Below the pieces are notes generated by a model that was given only the letters and a program-made list of their open reading frames with translations, was not told the DNA's origin and made no database searches. 64,000 bases of DNA, from assembly GCA_041622895.1 (NCBI GenBank), contig JBFJXW010000001.1:1567-65566 (forward strand). Direction: 5' to 3'. This DNA comes from Desulfobulbus sp. Lineage in GTDB: Bacteria > Desulfobacterota > Desulfobulbia > Desulfobulbales > Desulfobulbaceae. The position numbers and the translations under genes were made by a program. The number at the start of each line of letters is the position of its first letter. The stretch's first letter is position 1. This document shows positions 38,466 through 46,729 of this stretch, in pieces.

Positions 38466-38494
38466 ACGGCAAGGCCATTCTCTGGCCTTGCCGT
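38466..38494. terminator. hairpin between convergent ProX-like and flavoprotein genes
   Basis: ACGGCAAGGCC-ATTCTCT-GGCCTTGCCGT, an 11-bp perfect stem. Confidence 0.5.
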
Positions 38495-38528
38495 CGTTAT
38501 CCTGCGTGCGGCTGCAGGGCAGCCGGCC

Positions 38529-39149
38529 TCAACGGATAAAATTGGTCGGTTGCCACTCCTCCCTTTGCGGATACGGAATAGTGGCCTTGGCATGGTCGAT
38601 ACATTTCAACAACCAGGCCATATTGTTGCCCAGGGTCCGCATAATCTGCAGTCCTTCCAGATCCTGCTTCACCTGTTCCGGCGTATTCCCATGGACGGCA
38701 TTCCAGTACTGGGACGAGACCACCGGCATATTGCTAATGGTGAAATATTTATTCAAACGGTCAAAGGCCGCACTGGCCCCACCCCGTCGACAACTGACCA
38801 CCGCAGCAGCCGGCTTATAGGCGTAGGACCCTGATTTCGCGTAAAACATCCGATCGAGCATGGCGCACAGGGCCCCGTTGGGCGCCGCGTAATAAACCGG
38901 AGAACCGACCACGAACCCATCCGCCTTTTTCAGCAGATCAATACAGTCATTCACCCCGTCGTCTTTAAAGACACAGTAGCCTGTTTTGATGCACCCCCTG
39001 CAGGCGATACAGCCCCTGACCGGTCCCTGACCGATATGGACAATGTTGGTGGTAATATCCTGTTTATTCAGCTGTCCGGCAACTTCGCTGAGTGCGGTAT
39101 AGGTACAGCCATGCTCATGGGGACTGCCGTTGAGAAGCAGTACATTCAT
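38529..39149 (-). CDS. iron-sulfur flavoprotein (NADPH-dependent FMN reductase fold)
   Basis: MNVLLLNGSPHEHGCTY flavodoxin-like start and a compact Cys motif CIACRGCIKTGYC (C-x2-C-x2-C-x5-C) as in Isf proteins. ATG at 39149 preferred over 39179. Confidence 0.75.
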   Translation of the reverse strand: MNVLLLNGSPHEHGCTYTALSEVAGQLNKQDITTNIVHIGQGPVRGCIACRGCIKTGYCVFKDDGVNDCIDLLKKADGFVVGSPVYYAAPNGALCAMLDRMFYAKSGSYAYKPAAAVVSCRRGGASAAFDRLNKYFTISNMPVVSSQYWNAVHGNTPEQVKQDLEGLQIMRTLGNNMAWLLKCIDHAKATIPYPQREEWQPTNFIR

Positions 39150-39196
39150 CGTTTTCACCTCCGGTTGATACGTATACATGAGGGGACAGCGACTGC

Positions 39197-40600
39197 TTAC
39201 TGCTGCGCCCCCTCCTCTCTGAATTGTTGCAGCTCAATCTGATATTTATTGATCTTGTCGTACAGACTTTTACGGGAAATGCCCATGATCTGGTGGGCAC
39301 GGCTCACCTGTCCCCCGACCTGCTGCAGAATCTGCTGCACGTAGAGCCGTTCCTGGTGTTCCATGTAGTCCTTCCAGCTCAGATGGAGGATATCGGCAGC
39401 GGCCTCGGGCAGAGGCGGTGTCTCCCGAATGGGCTCCCCGCCGCCCAGCACACAGTACCTGCGGACATAATTGCGCAATTCGCGGATATTGCCCGGCCAG
39501 TCCTGCTGCATCAGATGGCGGATCAATTCCGGTGAGCAGGGCCTGGTATCGCTGTGCTGGCCGTCACAGTATTCGCTCCAGAAATGATCGACCAGAAGCG
39601 GGATATCCTCTTTCCGTTCCCGCAGGGGCGGCAAATGCACCGGCAGGACATTAAGGCGGAAAAACAGATCCTGGCGGAAATGCCCCTTGTCGATCTCGGC
39701 CAGGAGGTCGCGGTTGGTCGCTGCTACAATGCGGGCCCTGAGGGGAATAGCGGTGTTGCTGCCAAGCCGGGAAAACGATCGATCCTCCAGCACCCGCAAC
39801 AGTTTAGACTGCAACTGGAGCGGCATCGAACAGATTTCGTCAAGAAACAAGGTGCCCGCCCCCGCGTATTCGAATTTGCCCACTTTGCGCTGAATCGCAC
39901 CGGTGAATGCCCCTTTTTCATGGCCGAACAATTCGGATTCGATCATCTCGGCGGGAAGCGCACCCATGTTGACCGCAACATACGGGGCCGTGTCCTGATG
40001 CCCGATGGCGTGGATGGCCCGGGCAACCAACTCCTTCCCCGTCCCGGTTTCGCCGACGATCAGCACAGGATCGCTTTCCAGGGCAATGGTTTCGATCAGG
40101 GTGTAGAGATTGAGCATGGCCGGATGGCTGCCGACCAGACCGTAAAAATGGGTACGGCTCTCGCGCGTAGCGGTCAACTGCTGTTCCAACCGGCGGTTTT
40201 CTATGATCAGTTGCCGCCGTTCAATAGCCCGGGACAGGGTGGCGAGGATGATATCCTCGTCCGCAGGCTTCTGCAGAAAGTTATAGGCCCCCTTTTTAAC
40301 CGCCTCAACCGCCATGCTGATGTCTCCATGGCCGGTGATCAGAATGACCGGAAGATCAGGGTCCACAGCCAAAATCCGCTCCAGCAGCACCATGCCGTTC
40401 ATCTCCGGCATGCGGATATCGGCCAGCACCGCGGCAAACGAATGGCCATCGATGCTCGCCAGTGCTTCCAGGGGATTGCCGAAAGTCTGCACGGCGTAGC
40501 CATGCAGCACCAGGGTCTGCTTGATGGCAGCCAGCAGATAGAGATCATCATCGACCACCAGAATCTCGGGAGGCTCCACGGCCGGTATCGGATCGCTCAT
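39197..40600 (-). CDS. NtrC-family sigma-54-dependent response regulator (REC-AAA+-Fis HTH)
   Basis: 467 aa. REC (ILVVDDD...DIRMPEMNG...LITGHGD), Walker A GETGTGKE, canonical GAFTGA, Fis-type HTH SRAHQIMGISRKSLYDKI. Confidence 0.93.
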   Translation of the reverse strand: MSDPIPAVEPPEILVVDDDLYLLAAIKQTLVLHGYAVQTFGNPLEALASIDGHSFAAVLADIRMPEMNGMVLLERILAVDPDLPVILITGHGDISMAVEAVKKGAYNFLQKPADEDIILATLSRAIERRQLIIENRRLEQQLTATRESRTHFYGLVGSHPAMLNLYTLIETIALESDPVLIVGETGTGKELVARAIHAIGHQDTAPYVAVNMGALPAEMIESELFGHEKGAFTGAIQRKVGKFEYAGAGTLFLDEICSMPLQLQSKLLRVLEDRSFSRLGSNTAIPLRARIVAATNRDLLAEIDKGHFRQDLFFRLNVLPVHLPPLRERKEDIPLLVDHFWSEYCDGQHSDTRPCSPELIRHLMQQDWPGNIRELRNYVRRYCVLGGGEPIRETPPLPEAAADILHLSWKDYMEHQERLYVQQILQQVGGQVSRAHQIMGISRKSLYDKINKYQIELQQFREEGAQQ

Positions 40601-41850
40601 GCGCTGGCTCCTCCCGCATCCTCAACCTTGTCATGTTCCTGCTGCCGGTACTGGGGAATGTATACGCAGAAGCAGGCGCCCTTGCCGGACTTGCTTTCCA
40701 CCTCGATGTAGCCGGAAAAACCACGGACGATACGGTCGACAATCGACAGCCCCAGACCGGTCCCGGTACCGACTTCCCGAGTGGTAAAAAAAGGATCAAA
40801 AATCTTTTTCTGCAGTTCTTCAGGAATCCCTTCACCGTTATCGGCCACCGTCACCAGCACATAGGGTTCTTTCTGCATGGTTTTAGGATTAAGGTGGTCA
40901 GTGACTTTGCTGGTGATGGTCAACTTGGGGATCACCACCCGGCCCATGGCTTGAATGGCATTCTGCACCAGGTTGAGAAACACCTGCTCCAGACGGACCT
41001 CGACGCCCAGCACGACGCAAGGCTCCTCGGACAGGCGAAGGTCCAGGCCGATCTCGCTCAATCGCAGCTGCGATTCGAGGAAACTGAGAATTTTTCGGAT
41101 AATGGCGTTCAATTCCACCGGCCCGCACTCTTCCTCGACCTTGCGCCCAAAACTGCGCATGGTGCTGATAATCGAGGAGGCCTTGTTCACCCGATCGATG
41201 ATGATTCCGAGATTTTCCCGCAACAGTTGGCTGTTGTCTCCGGGATGATCAAGAGCTTTGAGACAATTACGGGCAAAAAGGAGAATGGCGTTCAGGGGCT
41301 GGGTCAATTCATGGCCGACCCCGGCGGCCATCTCGCCCAGGCTGGCAAGCCGGCTGGAATGGATCAGCTGCTTCTGCCCTTCCTGCATCCGTTCCATCAA
41401 CTCGTAAAATTCACTGCAATCCGAGCAGATGAGCATGTGCAGCACCAGGCCATTGGGATTGACATGGGTGGAACCGCGCATCTTGACGGGCAGACTGCCG
41501 CCGCTGCTGGTTCTGAGATGGGCTTCAAATTCCTCGAATTCCCCTTTGGCAAACACCGTACGGATCGCTTCAGCTTTTCCCGGCATTACCAGATCATCAA
41601 GGGTCAGCGGATGTTCGGCGGACAGGGAATAGCCCGTTTGCTCAAGAAATTCCCGGTTGGCCTGAATGACCCTGAAATCCTGATCAAGGAGCAGGAAAAG
41701 CTCGGAAATACCGGCCAGAATCCGTTCGGTGAACGACCGGCTGGCCTCCATTTCCTCGTGCTTCTTCAATACCCGGACAACAAGGTCTTCCCGCTGTTTC
41801 TCTAATATTTTAATTGCCTGATCATGCATAATCGCTCTCCTTTCCGCCAC
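40597..41850 (-). CDS. cytoplasmic PAS-domain sensor histidine kinase
   Basis: 417 aa. No TM helix. PAS-like N-half, H-box [17 protein letters not shown] boxes [24 protein letters not shown]. 4-nt overlap with the NtrC-like gene. Confidence 0.9.
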   Translation of the reverse strand: MAERRAIMHDQAIKILEKQREDLVVRVLKKHEEMEASRSFTERILAGISELFLLLDQDFRVIQANREFLEQTGYSLSAEHPLTLDDLVMPGKAEAIRTVFAKGEFEEFEAHLRTSSGGSLPVKMRGSTHVNPNGLVLHMLICSDCSEFYELMERMQEGQKQLIHSSRLASLGEMAAGVGHELTQPLNAILLFARNCLKALDHPGDNSQLLRENLGIIIDRVNKASSIISTMRSFGRKVEEECGPVELNAIIRKILSFLESQLRLSEIGLDLRLSEEPCVVLGVEVRLEQVFLNLVQNAIQAMGRVVIPKLTITSKVTDHLNPKTMQKEPYVLVTVADNGEGIPEELQKKIFDPFFTTREVGTGTGLGLSIVDRIVRGFSGYIEVESKSGKGACFCVYIPQYRQQEHDKVEDAGGASA

Positions 41851-42122
41851 AGGTTACGCTGCGTACAGAGTACCCCCGGCACCGCAATCATGTCACCAGA
41901 TTTATACACGAGAGCAGCGATTCTCCTGCGCAGCGTACTCGTGGGTATACAGATACCAGGGTGTTCCCCCCGAACGGATTGCATGCTGTTTCCCGCTGCC
42001 TCGGCTGGGTTTAGATCTGTGCTCTTTTTTCTCGATACTTTTATTGTTCTCCAGTACCCTTATTTCACGGTGCTGTTCAGCAACCGTATTCTTTCATTCG
42101 TCCCCCTGTCCAAGGAGAACGT

Positions 42123-43601
42123 ATGCTCCATTGCTGTATATTTCTTTGCGGCGCCGCCCTGATGATCATCGAACTGACCGGCTCACGCATTGTAGCGCCC
42201 TTCCTGGGAACCTCCCTTGTGGTCTGGACCAGCCTTATCGGTATCATTCTTGCCAGCCTGAGTATTGGCGCCTGGTGGGGCGGATACCTGGCGGACAGGT
42301 ACCCGCGGGTCCGGCACCTCGGCCAGATTGTACTGTTAGCCGCATGGGCCACCGCCGGGATCGGATTGTCAAAGACCTGGGTACTCGAATTCCTGCAGGG
42401 GACCGGTACGCTTCATACCATTGCCATCACGGCCACCATTGCGCTTTTCGCTCCCGCAGCGGTGCTGCTCGGCATGGTTCCGCCCTTTGCCGTGCGCCTT
42501 TGCCTGGAGGATCCGGCCTATACCGGCCGCACGGCGGGCACGCTCTATGCGATATCAACCATCGGCTCCATTGCCGGTACCTTCCTGGCCGGCTTTGTTC
42601 TCATCGCCTGGGTGGGCAGCACCTCCATCCTCTTTATTACCGCCGCGACCCTTGTTTTCGCCTCCTGGCTGGCCGAACCTTCAACACGGGCACTCAAGGG
42701 CATTTCGCTGGTTATTTTCGCCCTGGCCCTGTTCTTCTGCCGGCAACAGGATCGCTGGCTGGAGCAGCATGGTTTTGTCGACAGGGATACGCCGTACAAC
42801 CGTGTTCTTGTCTACACCGGCAAGGAACAGGGCACCCATCGCCTGACCCGCGAAATGGTCACCGGTCCTCTTGGCCGGCAATCGGCCATGTATCTGGACG
42901 ACACCACGGAACTGGCCTTGCCGTACACCCGTTTTTATCGTCTGGCTGAACAGTACCACCCCGCAATGCGACGCATGCTGGTACTCGGGGGCGGAGGTTA
43001 CTCCTTTCCGAAATATGCGCTGGCCCACTATCCCGGTCTGCAGGTCGATGTGGTGGAACTCGACCCCGGCATCACCGCTCTGGCCCGCTCCCACTTCGAC
43101 CTCAAAGACCATCCCCGCCTCCGGATCATTGAGGAGGACGCCCGTACCTTTCTGCAACGGGTCGATTCGCGGTACGATGTGATCATCTGCGATGTCTTTA
43201 CCTCGCATTATTCCATTCCGTTTCACCTGGTCACGGTCGAGGCTATCGCCCTTATGCGTTCCGCCCTGACCCCGGATGGTGTGGTGCTGGTCAATCTCCT
43301 CGCCTCGCAGGAAGGCGGATCGAGTCGTTTCTACAAAGCCCTGTATGCAACCTTCCGCACCGCCTTTCCCAAGGTGCAGCCCTATGCCGTTGCCGATCCC
43401 GCTGACAGGAACCTGTGGCAAAATCTCATCCTTGCCGCCTCCAACAGAATGCCGACCGATACAACAGAAGACGCGGAGCTACAAAAAATGCTGACTCATG
43501 CCCTACCCGCTCCCGCCGACGACATCCCTCCTTTCTCCGATGAGTTTGCCCCGGTCGACCGCTATACCACTCAATATTTTCCACAAACAGGAAGCCGCTG
43601 A
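42123..43601 (+). CDS. fused polytopic membrane domain / spermidine-synthase-like methyltransferase-fold protein
   Basis: 492 aa. ~210-aa N-terminal multi-TM region, then VLGGGGYSFP...VVELDP...DVIICDVF (SpeE-like SAM/dcSAM fold). Confidence 0.75.
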   Translation: MLHCCIFLCGAALMIIELTGSRIVAPFLGTSLVVWTSLIGIILASLSIGAWWGGYLADRYPRVRHLGQIVLLAAWATAGIGLSKTWVLEFLQGTGTLHTIAITATIALFAPAAVLLGMVPPFAVRLCLEDPAYTGRTAGTLYAISTIGSIAGTFLAGFVLIAWVGSTSILFITAATLVFASWLAEPSTRALKGISLVIFALALFFCRQQDRWLEQHGFVDRDTPYNRVLVYTGKEQGTHRLTREMVTGPLGRQSAMYLDDTTELALPYTRFYRLAEQYHPAMRRMLVLGGGGYSFPKYALAHYPGLQVDVVELDPGITALARSHFDLKDHPRLRIIEEDARTFLQRVDSRYDVIICDVFTSHYSIPFHLVTVEAIALMRSALTPDGVVLVNLLASQEGGSSRFYKALYATFRTAFPKVQPYAVADPADRNLWQNLILAASNRMPTDTTEDAELQKMLTHALPAPADDIPPFSDEFAPVDRYTTQYFPQTGSR

Positions 43602-43915
43602 CACAAACAGCGTTTAGCTCCATCACACTCCCCAAGCAACCTGTTTTCTCTATCGGCCTGAACCGTTCCGCCTGAGACGGACCAGGGACGCATCTTCTCC
43701 CGCAGCGTGTTCATCTTGGCCAGATCATGCAGAGAAACATTTTATCGATCAAGAAAGAAAACGAGGGCCTCAGCAACATTCTTGACCCAGTTCATCGATG
43801 CAGACCGTGCCTGTTTTGTACTACTTTTTCCGGTTCTATGGCCCTACTCCTTTGCGGTCATGCACTGATTTTCCGGGTCAGTTTGAAAATGAAAATCACC
43901 TGCCGTAAAACGACA

Positions 43916-43953
43916 AAGGGGTGGTATCGGCAGGCCAACCGATACCACCCCTT
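43916..43953. terminator. strong hairpin downstream of nhaB (convergent spacer)
   Basis: AAGGGGTGGTATCGG-CAGGCCAA-CCGATACCACCCCTT, a 15-bp perfect stem. T-rich tails on both strands. Confidence 0.6.
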
Positions 43954-43978
43954 GCTGTATTTTCCGGCAAAAAGGCTG

Positions 43979-45604
43979 CTATAGCAAAAAATAGGTCGCT
44001 GCCAGACCGGTGAGTGACATGGTGATGGTATACGGCAGCGCCAGATACACCATACGGCCATAGGAGAGACGAATAACCGGCGCCAGTGCCGAAGTCAGAA
44101 GGAAAAGGAAAGCCGCCTGACCGTTAGGCGTGGCCACACTGGGAATATTGGTGCCGGTATTGATGGCCACCGCCAGTTTATCAAATTGATGAATGAGCGT
44201 TCCTGCCTGCCCGGCAGCGGCCGCCGGCAATCCTGCCAGCACCTCCTGACGCCCCACAAGCGGGTCGGTCAGTTTATCCATCAATTGCTGGCCGGTCATG
44301 CCGATATCCGGAATCGCCCCCAGCATGTCGACAAAATGCATTTTGGTTTCGGTGATATAGACCGTGGCGACAAAGACATTGTCGGAGATAGCGGAAAGCA
44401 GGCCGTTGGCGATGTAATAGGCCGCCAACTGGGAATGCCCCTTGAGGCTGAGAACATAGTTGATGATCGGAGCGAAAAGGTGCTGTTCATGGATAACGGC
44501 GACAATAGCGAAGAAAACCACCAGCAGGGCCGTGAACGGCAGGGCCTCTTCAAAAGCCTTGCCCAGTTGATGCTCCTCGACCACTCCGTTGACCGCGGTA
44601 AGGAAGATGATGACCGACAGGCCGACAATACCGACCGCCGCCAGGTGAAAGGCCAGGGCGACAATCAGCCAGATGCCGGCCAGGGCCTGGGCGATCAGCT
44701 TGGCCTTGCCCTGATATCCCCGTTTGGTTTCCATCCGCATCTCCGTCTCCAGGAGATGCGATCGAATATTTCCTGGTATTTCGACCCCATAGGAGAACCA
44801 TTTATGTTTTTCCACCCAGTAGCAGGTCGCCAGGCCAACGATCAGCACCGGTATAGACACCGGGGCAACCTTGAAAAAAAAGGTCATGAAATGCCATCCC
44901 ATCTCATTGCCGACCAGCAGGTTTTGCGGTTCTCCCACCAGGGTGCAGACCCCGCCAAGAGCCGTGCCCACCGCGCCATGCATCATCAGATTCCGGAGAA
45001 ACCCACGGAATTGCAGCAAATCTTTCTGCTCCGCCTCTTTAAGCGCCATATCGCTGACCAAATCATGGGGCGCATCGCTGCCATCCTTGCCGGAAACGTA
45101 GCGATGGTAGATCTCATAAAAGCCGTAGGCCACGGCGATAATCACCGCAGTCACGGTCAGTGCATCGAGAAAGGCGGACAGGAAGGCCCCGGCAAAACAG
45201 AACAGCAGGGAAATGACAATTTTTGACTGCACCCGGACCAGAATGCGCGTGAAGGTAAACCGGAGAAAATCTTTCATGAAGTAAATACCGGCCACCATGA
45301 AGATCAGCAGCAGGATGACCTCGAAATTATTCAGGGCTTCACGAAAAACCGTCTCCGTCTTGGTCATGCCGATGAACACGGCCTCGATGGCCAGCAGTCC
45401 GCCTGCGGGTAAGGGATAGCATTTCAGCGCCATGGCCAGGGTGAAGATGAATTCGCCGATCAACACCCATCCGGCGATAAACGGCCCAAAGGTGCCGAGC
45501 AGGAATGGGTTGACGACAAGGAACAATACAATGGTTGCTTTGTACCAAAGCGGTGCGTTACCGAGAAAATTGCGGGCAAAAGCCTGAGGAAATGAGCGGG
45601 GCAT
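43979..45604 (-). CDS. nhaB: Na+/H+ antiporter NhaB
   Basis: 541 aa. The N-terminus [23 protein letters not shown]...[40 protein letters not shown] closely parallels E. coli NhaB as recalled. Confidence 0.9.
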   Translation of the reverse strand: MPRSFPQAFARNFLGNAPLWYKATIVLFLVVNPFLLGTFGPFIAGWVLIGEFIFTLAMALKCYPLPAGGLLAIEAVFIGMTKTETVFREALNNFEVILLLIFMVAGIYFMKDFLRFTFTRILVRVQSKIVISLLFCFAGAFLSAFLDALTVTAVIIAVAYGFYEIYHRYVSGKDGSDAPHDLVSDMALKEAEQKDLLQFRGFLRNLMMHGAVGTALGGVCTLVGEPQNLLVGNEMGWHFMTFFFKVAPVSIPVLIVGLATCYWVEKHKWFSYGVEIPGNIRSHLLETEMRMETKRGYQGKAKLIAQALAGIWLIVALAFHLAAVGIVGLSVIIFLTAVNGVVEEHQLGKAFEEALPFTALLVVFFAIVAVIHEQHLFAPIINYVLSLKGHSQLAAYYIANGLLSAISDNVFVATVYITETKMHFVDMLGAIPDIGMTGQQLMDKLTDPLVGRQEVLAGLPAAAAGQAGTLIHQFDKLAVAINTGTNIPSVATPNGQAAFLFLLTSALAPVIRLSYGRMVYLALPYTITMSLTGLAATYFLL

Positions 45605-45807
45605 CGTGATCTCCTAACATACATGCAAAGCGTTGATCAAATGGGGTTTGAGTAATATTTCCGTCCTGTACCCTTCTGCCAGGCGGAGAAAGTATCCGGA
45701 CCTCTTTTTAGCTGTTTTTTCCATACATTGCCTGTGAAAATTCGTGTGGGATCGCGAAATATTTCTCCTCCCCCGGTATGCAAACCGTGTCCCTTTGAAC
45801 CGCGACA

Positions 45808-45844
45808 GCCCCGTTCCTTTTATCAGCGGAAAAAGGAACGGGGC
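45808..45844 (-). terminator. hairpin after the Yip1 gene (end of the sigma-54 operon)
   Basis: GCCCCGTTCCTTTT-ATCAGCGG(A)-AAAAGGAACGGGGC, a 14-bp stem 26 nt past the Yip1 stop. There is no clean U-tract after the stem. Confidence 0.45.
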
Positions 45845-45869
45845 AGCATGCCTGCGGCGACGGGTGGGG

Positions 45870-46454
45870 TTAGGACTGCGAGAGCGTCGGCTCCTCTCCC
45901 AGGGAAAATAGAACGTGCTTGAGGTCCGTGAGCACCGGCAGTGCCGACCAGATGAACAGCAGGAGCGCGGCAAAGGCGAGCAGGACCAGGAGGGCGGACT
46001 GCTTCCAACTGAGCGAACAGGCCTTGTTCAGCCCAAAACCGATAAGGAGCATGCGCCAGGGTTCAGTGATCATGCCAACGGCAGGCACCCAGGAAATCAG
46101 CAGGACCGGGGCGCTGGCCAAAGCAAAAACAGCATACATCCTGGAAAGTGACGTTTTCCGTCCCATGAACATGGTCATGAACATGTACGTCAGGCTCGCC
46201 GTGATCAGCGGCATGAGCATGGCATTGCACAACAACACCACTGCCAGAGGGACCGAACGACCAAAAATATAGGTACAACTGACGACCACATGAAAAATAG
46301 CCGAAATGCCGCAGATCTTGGCCGGCAGTTGCCACCCCTGATCCGGCATGTCACTGAAAAATGCGCGCGGCGCCCGAATCAGAGTGGTAATCGTTTGAAA
46401 ATAGTCGAGCCGCTGCCGTAGCATGTTGGATTCCATACGTGCTGTTTCCTGCAT
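45870..46454 (-). CDS. Yip1-domain membrane protein
   Basis: 194 aa. Soluble N-terminus ...YFQTITTLIRAPRAFF... followed by five predicted TM helices, the usual Yip1/YIPF layout. GAGGG 7 nt before the ATG. Confidence 0.65.
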   Translation of the reverse strand: MQETARMESNMLRQRLDYFQTITTLIRAPRAFFSDMPDQGWQLPAKICGISAIFHVVVSCTYIFGRSVPLAVVLLCNAMLMPLITASLTYMFMTMFMGRKTSLSRMYAVFALASAPVLLISWVPAVGMITEPWRMLLIGFGLNKACSLSWKQSALLVLLAFAALLLFIWSALPVLTDLKHVLFSLGEEPTLSQS

Positions 46455-46471
46455 GGTGAGGCCCTCTATGA

Positions 46472-46621
46472 TTAAAGGATTCCGATTTTTTCAAGCAAGA
46501 TCCAGGCGAACATACACAGGGTGACGCCAAAGAACAGGTAGCGCTCGGTTTCTTTGCTGAAGTAGGTTACGCCCTTTTCATGATAAAAACGTTTTTCAGA
46601 TTGATGGTTATGGGGATTCAT
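46472..46621 (-). CDS. unannotated 49-aa single-TM small protein
   Basis: Below the ORF-track length cutoff. AAGGAG 8 nt upstream of the ATG at 46621. Translation MNPHNHQSEKRFYHEKGVTYFSKETERYLFFGVTLCMFAWILLEKIGIL. Lies between the DASS and Yip1 genes on the same strand. Confidence 0.5.
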   Translation of the reverse strand: MNPHNHQSEKRFYHEKGVTYFSKETERYLFFGVTLCMFAWILLEKIGIL

Positions 46622-46729
46622 TGAGGTCAACTCCTTGTCTTCTTGGATTCCGGAGGAGGGCGCCAGCCTGCTGGGGGGACAGCCCGACGCCCCGCTCCGG
46701 TTTACAGGTGGGGGCTATGCAAACACCGT

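Noticed and set aside
42044-42949. 301-aa alternative-frame ORF overlapping the start of the fused membrane/SpeE-like gene (also 42421-42846).
   Set aside because: The translation is Arg/Pro/Gly-rich without TM helices. The 42123 frame gives coherent TM helices and SpeE motifs.
43727-43984. 85-aa plus-strand ORF (and 67-69-aa minus-strand ORFs) in the 377-nt convergent spacer.
   Set aside because: There is no SD, the ORF runs through the terminator hairpin into the nhaB stop, and the composition is unlike local proteins. The spacer is reported as a finding instead.
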